From the NCBI GenBank assembly GCA_030059665.1, contig JANVYR010000003.1, forward strand, positions 1 to 64,000: a stretch of DNA of 64,000 nucleotides. The letters run 5' to 3'. The notes beneath the pieces are model-generated. The model saw only the letters and a program-made list of their open reading frames with translations. It was not told where the DNA came from and did not search any database. Positions 19,500 through 27,805 of the stretch are shown one piece after another. The first letter of the stretch is position 1, and the number at the start of each line of letters is the position of its first letter. Source of the DNA: Candidatus Calditenuis fumarioli. GTDB lineage: Archaea > Thermoproteota > Nitrososphaeria_A > Caldarchaeales > Calditenuaceae. Position numbers and translations under genes: made by a program.

Positions 19500-20222
19500 T
19501 TGCCGAAGCGCACGATGGCGCAACGGATAGGACACGGCTCTCCGGTGTACAGGGCCAGCATCCAGAGGAAGTTCGTCCTCGGCTACCCGAGCCACCTCTT
19601 CTCGTCCGAGACCCTGAGGGGAAGGGTGGTGGAGCTGCACCACGACCCCGGCAGGGGATACCCGGTCGCTGAGGTCGAGGTCGACGGCACGACCTTCTAC
19701 GTCCCCGCGGTCATGGGCCTCTACGTCGGCCAGGTCATCGAGGCCGGCCCCAACGCCTCCCCGTCCACCGGGAACATCGTTCCCATCGGATCGGTCCCTG
19801 AGGGCGCATCGGTCTCCTGCATCGAGCTCAGGCCCGGTGACGGCGGGAAGCTCGTCAGGAGCTCAGGGACCTTCGCGGAGGTCGTCTCCCACGTCGGCGA
19901 CCGGACCATCATCAGGCTCCCCTCCAAGAAGCTGAAGGAGGTGGACAGCAGGTGCTTCGCGATCGTCGGCGTAGTCGCCGGTCTCGGCAGGACCGATAAG
20001 CCCTTCCTCAAGGCTGGCAAGAAGTTCCACTGGATGAGGTCCAAGCACAGGCTCGGCAGGTATCCGAGGGTCAGGGGCGTGGCGATGCAGCCGGTGAAGC
20101 ACCCGTTCGGCGGAGGTGCTGGAGGGAAGCTCAGCAGGCCGGAGCCGGTGAAGAGGACCGCACCGCCAGGCCAGAAGATCGGGCTGATAGCCGCCAGGAG
20201 GACTGGCAGGAAGAAGAAGTGA
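19500..20222 (+). CDS. rpl2: 50S ribosomal protein L2
   Basis: HDPGRG, GDGGKLVRSSG, PRVRGVAMQPVKHPFGGG, GLIAARRTG. Confidence 0.96.
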   Translation: MPKRTMAQRIGHGSPVYRASIQRKFVLGYPSHLFSSETLRGRVVELHHDPGRGYPVAEVEVDGTTFYVPAVMGLYVGQVIEAGPNASPSTGNIVPIGSVPEGASVSCIELRPGDGGKLVRSSGTFAEVVSHVGDRTIIRLPSKKLKEVDSRCFAIVGVVAGLGRTDKPFLKAGKKFHWMRSKHRLGRYPRVRGVAMQPVKHPFGGGAGGKLSRPEPVKRTAPPGQKIGLIAARRTGRKKK

Positions 20223-20244
20223 GGGGTGGAAAGGTTCTCGGTTC

Positions 20245-21573
20245 TCAGGTGCCCATCCGCCAGTCGGAGACGTAGCGCACCTGCTCCTCCGTCATCCTGT
20301 CGATCTCTATCCCCATGGTCCTGAGCTTCGTCATCGCGACCTCCCTGTCGATCTCAGCTGGTACGTCGTGGACCCTCACCTCGAGCCTTCCCCTGTTCCT
20401 GACGACGTGCTCCACCGAGAGGGCCTGGAGGGAGAAGCTCAGGTCCATAACCTCCGACGGGTGGCCCTCAGCGGCGACGAGGTTGACCAGCCTCCCCTCC
20501 GCGAGCAGGTAGAGGCTCCTGCCGTCCCTGGTCCTGTAACGCTTCACGTACTGGTTCACCTGCTCGACCTCGACCGAGATGTCGCGGAGGTCCTGCAGGG
20601 AGATCTCCACGTCGTAGTGCCCCGCGTTGGCGAGGATCGCTCCGTCCCTCATCAGCTCCATGTGCTCCCTCCGGATCACGCGTATGTTCCCGGTGGCGGT
20701 GATGAAGACGTCCCCAACCCTGGCAGCCTCGAGGGAGCTGCAGACCCGGTAGCCGTTCATGGCCGCGCTTAGCGCCTTCACCGGATCGACCTCCACCACG
20801 ATCACCTCAGCTCCCATCCCCCTGGCCCTCGCGGCGATCCCGGAACCCACCCTGCCGTAGCCGAAGACGACGACCCTCTTTCCCGCGAGCAGGATGCCCG
20901 TCGCCCTGATGACGGCGTCGATCGTCGACTGGCCGGTTCCGATGGGGTTGTCGAAGAGAGACTTGGTGGGCGAGTCGTTCACCGCGATCAGCGGGTACAG
21001 CAGCTTCCCCTCCCTCTCGAGGGCCCTCAGCCGGATGACTCCGGTGGTGGTCTCCTCCGTCCCGCCCGCGATCCCCTCGACCTCAAGCGCTCCGGATCCC
21101 AGGCCGCGCCTCACCCACTCGAGCTCAGGCGACTGGATGCGATGTGCTAGCTTGTGAACCGTCACCGTGAGGTCCGCTCCGTCGTCGACGGTCACGTTCG
21201 GTTTCATCGAGAGGGCCCTCCCGATGGCCTCGTAGTACTCCTCCTCGCTCATCCCCCTGAAGGCGTAGACAGCTATCCCCTCCTCGGCCAGCGCCGCGGC
21301 GACGTCGTCCTGCGTGCTCAGCGGGTTCGATGCGCAGAGGGCAACCTCAGCTCCGGCGTCCCTAAGCGTCCTGACCAGCGCTGCCGTCTCCTTCGTGACG
21401 TGCAGGCAGGCCGAGACCCTTATCCCCTCCAGCGGCCTTTCCCTCCTGAAGCGCTCCCTTATCGCCATCAGCACCGGCATCCTGACCTCCGCCCAGGCGA
21501 TCCTCCTGGCGCCCTCCGCCGCGAGCGACGGGTCCCTGATCCAGGATTTCTGGGACTTCCGCAACTCCTGCAC
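20245..21573 (-). CDS. ahcY: Adenosylhomocysteinase
   Basis: ACLHVTKETA, SNPLSTQD, DDGAD, EETTTG, GYGRVG, GHPSEVMD. Confidence 0.96.
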   Translation of the reverse strand: MQELRKSQKSWIRDPSLAAEGARRIAWAEVRMPVLMAIRERFRRERPLEGIRVSACLHVTKETAALVRTLRDAGAEVALCASNPLSTQDDVAAALAEEGIAVYAFRGMSEEEYYEAIGRALSMKPNVTVDDGADLTVTVHKLAHRIQSPELEWVRRGLGSGALEVEGIAGGTEETTTGVIRLRALEREGKLLYPLIAVNDSPTKSLFDNPIGTGQSTIDAVIRATGILLAGKRVVVFGYGRVGSGIAARARGMGAEVIVVEVDPVKALSAAMNGYRVCSSLEAARVGDVFITATGNIRVIRREHMELMRDGAILANAGHYDVEISLQDLRDISVEVEQVNQYVKRYRTRDGRSLYLLAEGRLVNLVAAEGHPSEVMDLSFSLQALSVEHVVRNRGRLEVRVHDVPAEIDREVAMTKLRTMGIEIDRMTEEQVRYVSDWRMGT

Positions 21574-21720
21574 CGGAATCGCCCAGCTTTTCCCGCACTT
21601 AACCGTGTTTCGATGAGGGAGCTCGCCACCGGAACCAGCGGGCCCGAAGAACCCCCGCCGTCGTCGCTGCGGATGGTGCGGAATTGAACTTTAATTCCCG
21701 GCCGAACGGGCAGAACGGGA

Positions 21721-22170
21721 ATGGACGAAGGGGTCAGCATAACGCTCGAGTTGACGGTGGGCCAGCGGCTGAAGCTCACCGTGACCGGTAGCGACCCCAG
21801 GAGCGTGGTGAGGGCCGCGAAGGAGGTGCTGGACGTGATCTACGTCGAGCTCGCACCGCCTCAGGAGCAGCAGCGCCAGGGCGTGCCGCCATCGGTGATC
21901 GAGAAGCTCCCGAAGATGAGCAACAAGGAGATAGTGCTGACGCTTCTGTACTTCGAGGGCGAGATGAGCAAGGAGGCGATCAACCAGCGGAGCAAGGAGC
22001 TGGGAAAGGAGGTCACGAAGGAGTGGCTCGACAAGAAGCTCTACACCGAGATGGAGGGCCTGATATCCTCTGTTGAGTCGGGCGAGGGCCACAAGCTCTA
22101 CCGGCTCACCGTTTACGGCCGGCAGAAGGCGGAGGAGGTCCTGAGATCGCTCGGGATCTCGCTACCGTGA
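21721..22170 (+). CDS. Hypothetical protein with probable C-terminal winged helix
   Basis: Strong coding pattern; wing/recognition-helix-like YRLTVYGRQKAEEVL. Confidence 0.6.
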   Translation: MDEGVSITLELTVGQRLKLTVTGSDPRSVVRAAKEVLDVIYVELAPPQEQQRQGVPPSVIEKLPKMSNKEIVLTLLYFEGEMSKEAINQRSKELGKEVTKEWLDKKLYTEMEGLISSVESGEGHKLYRLTVYGRQKAEEVLRSLGISLP

Positions 22171-22587
22171 GAGCACCGACGGCAGACGCTCCAGGAAGCT
22201 AGCAACCTCGCGCCTCAGACCCTCTTCACCGTGACCGGTCGAGAGCCAGCTGGAGAGCTGCTCCGCCACCGACCTGAGCAGGCCCTCGGGGTCTCGCAGG
22301 ACGAGCTTCAGCACCTCCTCCGGCACGTCGTCCACCCCCACCTCGGCGACCTGCGTCCTCATGAAGGGCCCGAACTCGTCCCTGGACACCCTGACAACGG
22401 TTATCCTGCCGCCTCCGGCGAGGTACCTGGTCCCCGCGATCGAGGCCACCTCAACCCCCCACTCGACCCCGGGTGGCGCCATCTCGGCCAGGATCCTGAG
22501 GAGATCCCGGACCGAATCGACGTCCCTCCTCCGCAGCAGCTCGGAGCATGCCCTCAGAGCCCTCTCGGCCCTCTCCTGCATCCCCAT
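22162..22587 (-). CDS. Hypothetical protein
   Basis: 141-aa ORF with genome-typical composition, directly downstream of the Thr-rich gene; no family recognised. Confidence 0.55.
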   Translation of the reverse strand: MGMQERAERALRACSELLRRRDVDSVRDLLRILAEMAPPGVEWGVEVASIAGTRYLAGGGRITVVRVSRDEFGPFMRTQVAEVGVDDVPEEVLKLVLRDPEGLLRSVAEQLSSWLSTGHGEEGLRREVASFLERLPSVLSR

Positions 22588-22628
22588 CAGAGCTCAAAAC
22601 CCTCGGTAAAAACGAGACGCGGTGACGC

Positions 22629-23639
22629 TCAGGGCCTGCCCCTGCGGAACGCGAAGAGGATTCCCACCACGACCACCACGGCTACCCCAGCGAAGAGCGC
22701 GAGGACCAGCGGGTCGAAGGCCTGTCCGGTCCCTGCGGAGGGCTGCGTCGTCGGGGCAACCTGTGTCGTTGTAGTCTGCCGCGCAGTCGTCTGTGTAATC
22801 GTGGTCCCGGTCTCGGCGATCGTTCTTGTGACGGTCAGGACCGTGACGTACGTCCTGCCGGGTATGATGACCGTCGTGGTAAGGGTTGTGCCCTCAGCTC
22901 TGGTGGAGAGCGTCGCTGTGGTTCCCTGGAGGGTGGTCGTCATGGCCTCTGTGGTCCCCACCCTGGTGGTGGTCACGGTGGTCCTCAGATTGGCCAGCTC
23001 CGGCGGAATCTGGTCCTGTGGGAAGTCCGGCATCGTCACGGTGTAGCCGGGGAAGGCGAACGTGAACCCGCGGAACGCGAAGATCACCGTCGCCGGCAGC
23101 CTCTCCGGCTCAATCCTCAACCTGTTGATCTCGAACGCCACGTTGCAGGCCTCGTCGATCACTCCGTACAGCGAGACCGGAACGCTCATGGTCGTGACGA
23201 ACTGCCCCAGCGTGTACGCAGTCCTAACCGTGACTATGGTGTAACCCGTCGTGGTGGTCGCGGTTGGCAGCTGCCGGATGGTGGTGATCTCGATCGGCTC
23301 TCTGAGCACGTACGTGGTCGTGATGCCCGGCTGGATGATGGTCGTCCCCGGTACGGCGATGACACCGCCCAGTCCGGTGGTCGTCGTGGCCGCGAATCGG
23401 ACCACGCAGACCTGGTCCTGCCTCTCGTAGTAGGCTATCACCCTGATGCGGGGCATCTCGATGCGGACTATGACGTCTCCGCCCTGGATGACCGTGACCG
23501 TCGCGTAGGTCGTCCCCGGCTCAGCGACCGTCTGGGTGATCGTCTCGACCACCGTTGTAGCAGTCAGCGCCGGGTAGATCACGCCGAGCGAGACCATCGC
23601 GAGCAGCAGAAGCGTCCTCAGACCCGCGGAGGCTCCCAT
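22629..23639 (-). CDS. Thr-rich secreted/surface protein with C-terminal membrane anchor
   Basis: N-terminal signal peptide, long Thr/Val runs, C-terminal TM helix followed by RRGRP. Confidence 0.75.
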   Translation of the reverse strand: MGASAGLRTLLLLAMVSLGVIYPALTATTVVETITQTVAEPGTTYATVTVIQGGDVIVRIEMPRIRVIAYYERQDQVCVVRFAATTTTGLGGVIAVPGTTIIQPGITTTYVLREPIEITTIRQLPTATTTTGYTIVTVRTAYTLGQFVTTMSVPVSLYGVIDEACNVAFEINRLRIEPERLPATVIFAFRGFTFAFPGYTVTMPDFPQDQIPPELANLRTTVTTTRVGTTEAMTTTLQGTTATLSTRAEGTTLTTTVIIPGRTYVTVLTVTRTIAETGTTITQTTARQTTTTQVAPTTQPSAGTGQAFDPLVLALFAGVAVVVVVGILFAFRRGRP

Positions 23640-23753
23640 TAGTGACGTTTTCGCATCGGACCAATATATACCATGATCTGCGGCGAAAATCGGGTCCCGA
23701 TGTGGCTGCTGGGAAGGTGGATATATCCGCACGGACAACGGTCCGCTGAGCGG

Positions 23754-23840
23754 GCCGGGGTGCCCGAGCGGACTAAGGGGCAGGCCTTGAGAGCCTGTGG
23801 CCCCTCCGGGGCCGCGCGGGTTCGAATCCCGCCCCCGGCG
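23754..23840 (+). tRNA. tRNA-Ser(UGA)
   Basis: GCCGGGG/CCCCGGC acceptor, CAGGC-CT-TGA-GA-GCCTG anticodon arm, long variable arm, TTCGAAT loop, G discriminator; ATATAT about 30 nt upstream. Confidence 0.96.
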
Positions 23841-23880
23841 CGGATATAAACATAACAGAAGGCATCTGGGAGCAAACTCG

Positions 23881-24075
23881 ATGTCCTCTAAGGCCCCACA
23901 GGAGGAGCTGCTCCGGTCGCTGGCCGAGCTGATGGGCGTCGAGGGCTATCCGCCGGAGAAGGTCCTGCAGCAGGCGAAAAGGTTGGGCGGCATGAGGCGG
24001 GCCATCGAGGAGAGGATCGGGCTGGAGGACCCGCTGCCCCTGAACGGAGTGGTGAGGAGGCATGAGGGCGCGTGA
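23881..24075 (+). CDS. Small helical protein coupled to the amidase (GatC/AtzG-like)
   Basis: 64 aa, overlaps the amidase start by 14 nt; family inferred from size and context. Confidence 0.55.
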   Translation: MSSKAPQEELLRSLAELMGVEGYPPEKVLQQAKRLGGMRRAIEERIGLEDPLPLNGVVRRHEGA

Positions 24076-25432
24076 GCTGACGATTGCGCAGGCGGTCAGG
24101 CTCGTGAGGAGGGGCGAGCTCGACCCCGACGAACTGGCAGCATCGTGCCTCGACCTCATAGCCCGCTACAACGCGCGGTTCAGGGCGTTCATCACGGTCT
24201 TCGACCCTCCGATCCGGGGCGGTCGCAGGAGAGGGCCTCTCGCGGGGGCCGTGATATCGCTCAAGGACCTCTTCCACGTCAAGGGGTATCCCACGACGGC
24301 AGGCTCCGTCGCCTTCAGGGACCGCGTGGCCGACGAGAACGCGACCGTCGTGGAGAAGCTCCTGAGGGCCTCAGCAACCCTCATCGGTAAGAACAACCTG
24401 CACGAGCTGACCTTCGGCATCACGGGCTTCAACCCCCACTTCGGGACCGCGGTCAACCCGTGGAAGGAGGACCGCTTCCCGGGCGGATCGACGAGCGGGG
24501 GCGCGGTGGCCGTTGCGACGGGGATGAGCATGGGCGCGATAGGGACCGACACGGGAGGATCCGTCAGGCTGCCGGCGGCGCTCTGCGGGCTGGTGGGATA
24601 CAAGCCGACTTACGGGCTGATCAGCAGGCACGGAGTGATGCCCCTCAGCTGGACGCTCGACACGGTGGGCGTGATAACGAAGACGGTGGAGGACGCTGCT
24701 TTGCTGGCGTCGGCCGTCATGGGACCTGATGGCAGGGACCTGAGCGTCTCTGTCCGCAGACCTCCCAGGATCCATCCCGTAAGGCCCAGAAGTCTGAGGG
24801 GGACGGTGCTGGGCGTTCCGAGGAAGCACTTCTGCGAGCTCCTCCAGGAGGACGTGAGGGAGGCTTTCGAGCGGCTGCTGACGAGGCTCGAGTCCGAGGG
24901 CGCGGAGGTGGCGGATGTGGAGGTCCCCGATGTGAGGCTGATGAGCTTCGCCCGGAGCGTCATCGCGCACGTCGAGTTCGCCGCGGTCTACGGGAGGCTC
25001 CTCAGGGAGAGGCCGCAGGACGTCAGCGAGGAGCTGAGGGAGAGGGGGCTCCAGGGCCTCATGACTCCGGGGCCGATGTACGTCAACGCGCTCAGGCTTA
25101 TCCCGAGGCTCACGTCGTCGTTCAGGTCTCTCTTCAAGCGGGTCGACGCGCTCGTCATGCCGACCTCGATCGTCACCGCGCCGAGGGTTGACCAGACGAC
25201 CGTGGAGGTGGACGGGAACGTCCTCGACGTGAGGTCCGCCCTGCTCAGGAACGTCGAACCCTTCAACCTTGTGGGAGCTCCTGCGGTCTCGGTCCCCTGC
25301 GGCCTCTCCCGTGACGGCCTTCCCATAGGGGTCCAGGTAGTGGGTGACCTCTTCGACGACGGCGCCGTGCTCTCCATCGCTCGGTCGATCGAGCGTCTTG
25401 TCGGAGGGATAGGATTGCCAGAGCTGCCATGA
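24062..25432 (+). CDS. Amidase signature enzyme (GatA/AtzE-like)
   Basis: ISLKDLF (Lys), PGGSTSG (cis-Ser), GTDTGGSVR (nucleophile Ser), GLPIGVQ. Confidence 0.92.
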   Translation: MRARELTIAQAVRLVRRGELDPDELAASCLDLIARYNARFRAFITVFDPPIRGGRRRGPLAGAVISLKDLFHVKGYPTTAGSVAFRDRVADENATVVEKLLRASATLIGKNNLHELTFGITGFNPHFGTAVNPWKEDRFPGGSTSGGAVAVATGMSMGAIGTDTGGSVRLPAALCGLVGYKPTYGLISRHGVMPLSWTLDTVGVITKTVEDAALLASAVMGPDGRDLSVSVRRPPRIHPVRPRSLRGTVLGVPRKHFCELLQEDVREAFERLLTRLESEGAEVADVEVPDVRLMSFARSVIAHVEFAAVYGRLLRERPQDVSEELRERGLQGLMTPGPMYVNALRLIPRLTSSFRSLFKRVDALVMPTSIVTAPRVDQTTVEVDGNVLDVRSALLRNVEPFNLVGAPAVSVPCGLSRDGLPIGVQVVGDLFDDGAVLSIARSIERLVGGIGLPELP

Positions 25433-25492
25433 ATCGCGTGGAGCGAAAAAGTCGACCTGTTAGGTTCAGGTCCACCCGTCAGCCCGTCCCCT

Positions 25493-27802
25493 TCACTTCC
25501 CCTTCTCGCGCTTGAGCCGCCACAGGTACTCAGGAGTTATCGGGGTCCTCCTCGGCCTCACACCGATGGCGTCGTAGATGGCGTTCGCGACCGCCGCAGC
25601 CGTCGGGACGGTTCCCGTCTCCCCGAGCCCCTTCGCACCGAACGGACCCTCGGGGTCGTCCTCGCCCACGAAGACCGCCTGAACGTCCGGTGGCACCTCC
25701 AGCGCCGTCGGAAGCAGGTAGTCCATCAGGGTCGAGTTCACAACTGCCCCCCTCTCCAGCACCAGCTCCTCGTAAAGCGACAGCCCCAGCCCCATAGCCA
25801 CGCCTCCGTGGACCTGGCCCTCTGCGGTCAGGGGGTTCAGAACCCTTCCTATGTCGTGGACCGAGACGACCCGCTCGACGAAGACCTGCATCGTCTCCGG
25901 GTCGACCCTGACCTGCACCGCCTGACACCCGAAGGTGTAGGTCGCTGATATGTTGCCGTACCAGCGCTCGTCCTGCATCTCGTTCGGCGGGTCGTAGAAG
26001 GCCGTCGCGAGCACCACGTTCCCCCTCTCCCTGAAGTGGATGCGCCTGATCAGCTTCGGTATCTCGATCCTCCTGCTGGGGTCGGATCTGGAGAAGGCGT
26101 ACCCGTCCCTGAGCTCGACGTCGTCCTCGCTCACGCCGAGGACCTCGGCCGCTCCCTTCACCAGGACCCTCCTGGCCTCTCGGGCAGCCATCAGCGCGGC
26201 GTTCCCCGCGACGAAGGTGGCCCTACTGGCGTGGGTTCCGACGTCCCACGGCCTCAGCGAGACGTCCACGTCGTTCACCACCCTCACCCAGCTCACAGGC
26301 ACGCCAAGGACCTCCGCAACGATCTGGGCGAGGGCCGTGTCGGAGCCGGTCCCTATATCGGTCGATCCGGTGATCAGCGCGATCTGCCCGAAGTCGTCCG
26401 CCACGATTACGGCTCCGCATCCGTCGGACCTGTAGATCCGGGCTCCGCCGCCGACGTGGAAGTAGCACGCGAAGCCTATTCCCCTGTTCGGCCCCAGCGA
26501 GCCCCTACCCCTCCACCCTATCAGCTCCGCGGCCCTCCTGATGGCCTCGGCCATCGCGCAGCTCGTGATCCTGATGCCCTGGGGGGTGACGGTGTTGGGT
26601 CTGTTGGCGTTGAGCAGCCTGAACTCGACGGGGTCCATGCCGAGCTCCTCCGCCAGCTCGTCCATCTGCTGCTCGATCGCGAAGGTTATCTGCGGGTTCC
26701 CCGCTCCCCTCTGCGTTCCGGTGTAGGGGTTGTTGGTGTAGATCACCTTCGCGTCGTAGGAGACGTAGGGAACGTTGTACATGCTGGTGGTCGTGACCAT
26801 CATCACCCTTCCGTCGTAGGGGCCCCAGGAGACGTACGGGCCTGCGTCGAGGAAGACCCTCGCCTCCCTCGCGAGCAACCTTCCGTCCCTGTCGGCGGCC
26901 GTCCGCATCCTGACGATCACCGGCTGCCTCGGCGGCGCGTACATCAGCTCCTCCTGCCTCGTGTACACGAGCCTGACCGGTGCCCTCGCCTTGATCGATA
27001 GGAGGCACGCGATCACGTCCGGAGGGTACAGGTCCATCCCCCTACCGAAGGAGCCGCCGATCTCGGTCTGGACGACCCTGATCCTCATCGGGTCCATCCC
27101 CAGCACCCTCGCCAGGTCCCTCCGGTAGAGGAATGGCGCCTGGGTGTTGGTGTAGACCGTCAGGTAGCCTGCCGAATCGTAGTGGGCCACTACGCCCATC
27201 GTCCCCAGCGGCGACGCGTTCATGTACTGCGTCCTGAACTCTCCCTCGACGACCGCCCTGGCCCTCTCGAAGACCCGCTCGATCTCTTCCGGAGGATGGG
27301 AGTGGAAGGTGAAGTTGACGGGTGCGACGTTGGTACCCAGCTCCTCGTGGATCAGCGGTGCGCCATCCTTCATCGCCTCGATCGGGTCGAAGACCGCGGG
27401 CAGCTCCTCGTACTCCACCGTTATCTCCTCCAGTGCCCTCTCGGCGGTCTCCTCGTCGACCGCAGCCACCGCAGCGACCTCGTCCCTTACCGACCTCACC
27501 TTGTCGCCCTTCAGCGGAGGGTGGTCCTGGAGTATCCCGAGGCGGCCGAGCTTGAAGTCGTGGGCGGTGACCACAGCCACGACCCCCGGCACCCTCAGGG
27601 CCCCTGAGACGTCGATCCGCTTGATCCTGGCATGGGGATAGGGGCTCCTCAGGACCTTGGCGTAGAGCATGTTAGGGAGCTTGACGTCGTCGACGTACCT
27701 CGCGGCCCCCGTCACCTTGAGGTCGCCGTCCACCTTCGGCACCGGCTTCCCGATTACGGAGTACTCTGCCCTCCTCTCCAGCAGCAGCTGCGCGGCCGAC
27801 AT
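25493..27802 (-). CDS. Xanthine oxidase-family molybdopterin-binding subunit (4-hydroxybenzoyl-CoA reductase alpha-like)
   Basis: VTGAARYVDD, LRSPYPHARI, IGGSFG, TQRGAGNPQ, GAKGLGE. Confidence 0.9.
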   Translation of the reverse strand: MSAAQLLLERRAEYSVIGKPVPKVDGDLKVTGAARYVDDVKLPNMLYAKVLRSPYPHARIKRIDVSGALRVPGVVAVVTAHDFKLGRLGILQDHPPLKGDKVRSVRDEVAAVAAVDEETAERALEEITVEYEELPAVFDPIEAMKDGAPLIHEELGTNVAPVNFTFHSHPPEEIERVFERARAVVEGEFRTQYMNASPLGTMGVVAHYDSAGYLTVYTNTQAPFLYRRDLARVLGMDPMRIRVVQTEIGGSFGRGMDLYPPDVIACLLSIKARAPVRLVYTRQEELMYAPPRQPVIVRMRTAADRDGRLLAREARVFLDAGPYVSWGPYDGRVMMVTTTSMYNVPYVSYDAKVIYTNNPYTGTQRGAGNPQITFAIEQQMDELAEELGMDPVEFRLLNANRPNTVTPQGIRITSCAMAEAIRRAAELIGWRGRGSLGPNRGIGFACYFHVGGGARIYRSDGCGAVIVADDFGQIALITGSTDIGTGSDTALAQIVAEVLGVPVSWVRVVNDVDVSLRPWDVGTHASRATFVAGNAALMAAREARRVLVKGAAEVLGVSEDDVELRDGYAFSRSDPSRRIEIPKLIRRIHFRERGNVVLATAFYDPPNEMQDERWYGNISATYTFGCQAVQVRVDPETMQVFVERVVSVHDIGRVLNPLTAEGQVHGGVAMGLGLSLYEELVLERGAVVNSTLMDYLLPTALEVPPDVQAVFVGEDDPEGPFGAKGLGETGTVPTAAAVANAIYDAIGVRPRRTPITPEYLWRLKREKGK

Positions 27803-27805
27803 GCC

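Noticed and set aside
23754-23840. tRNA-Ser as the att site of an integrated element
   Set aside because: No duplicated tRNA 3' end and no integrase seen in the window
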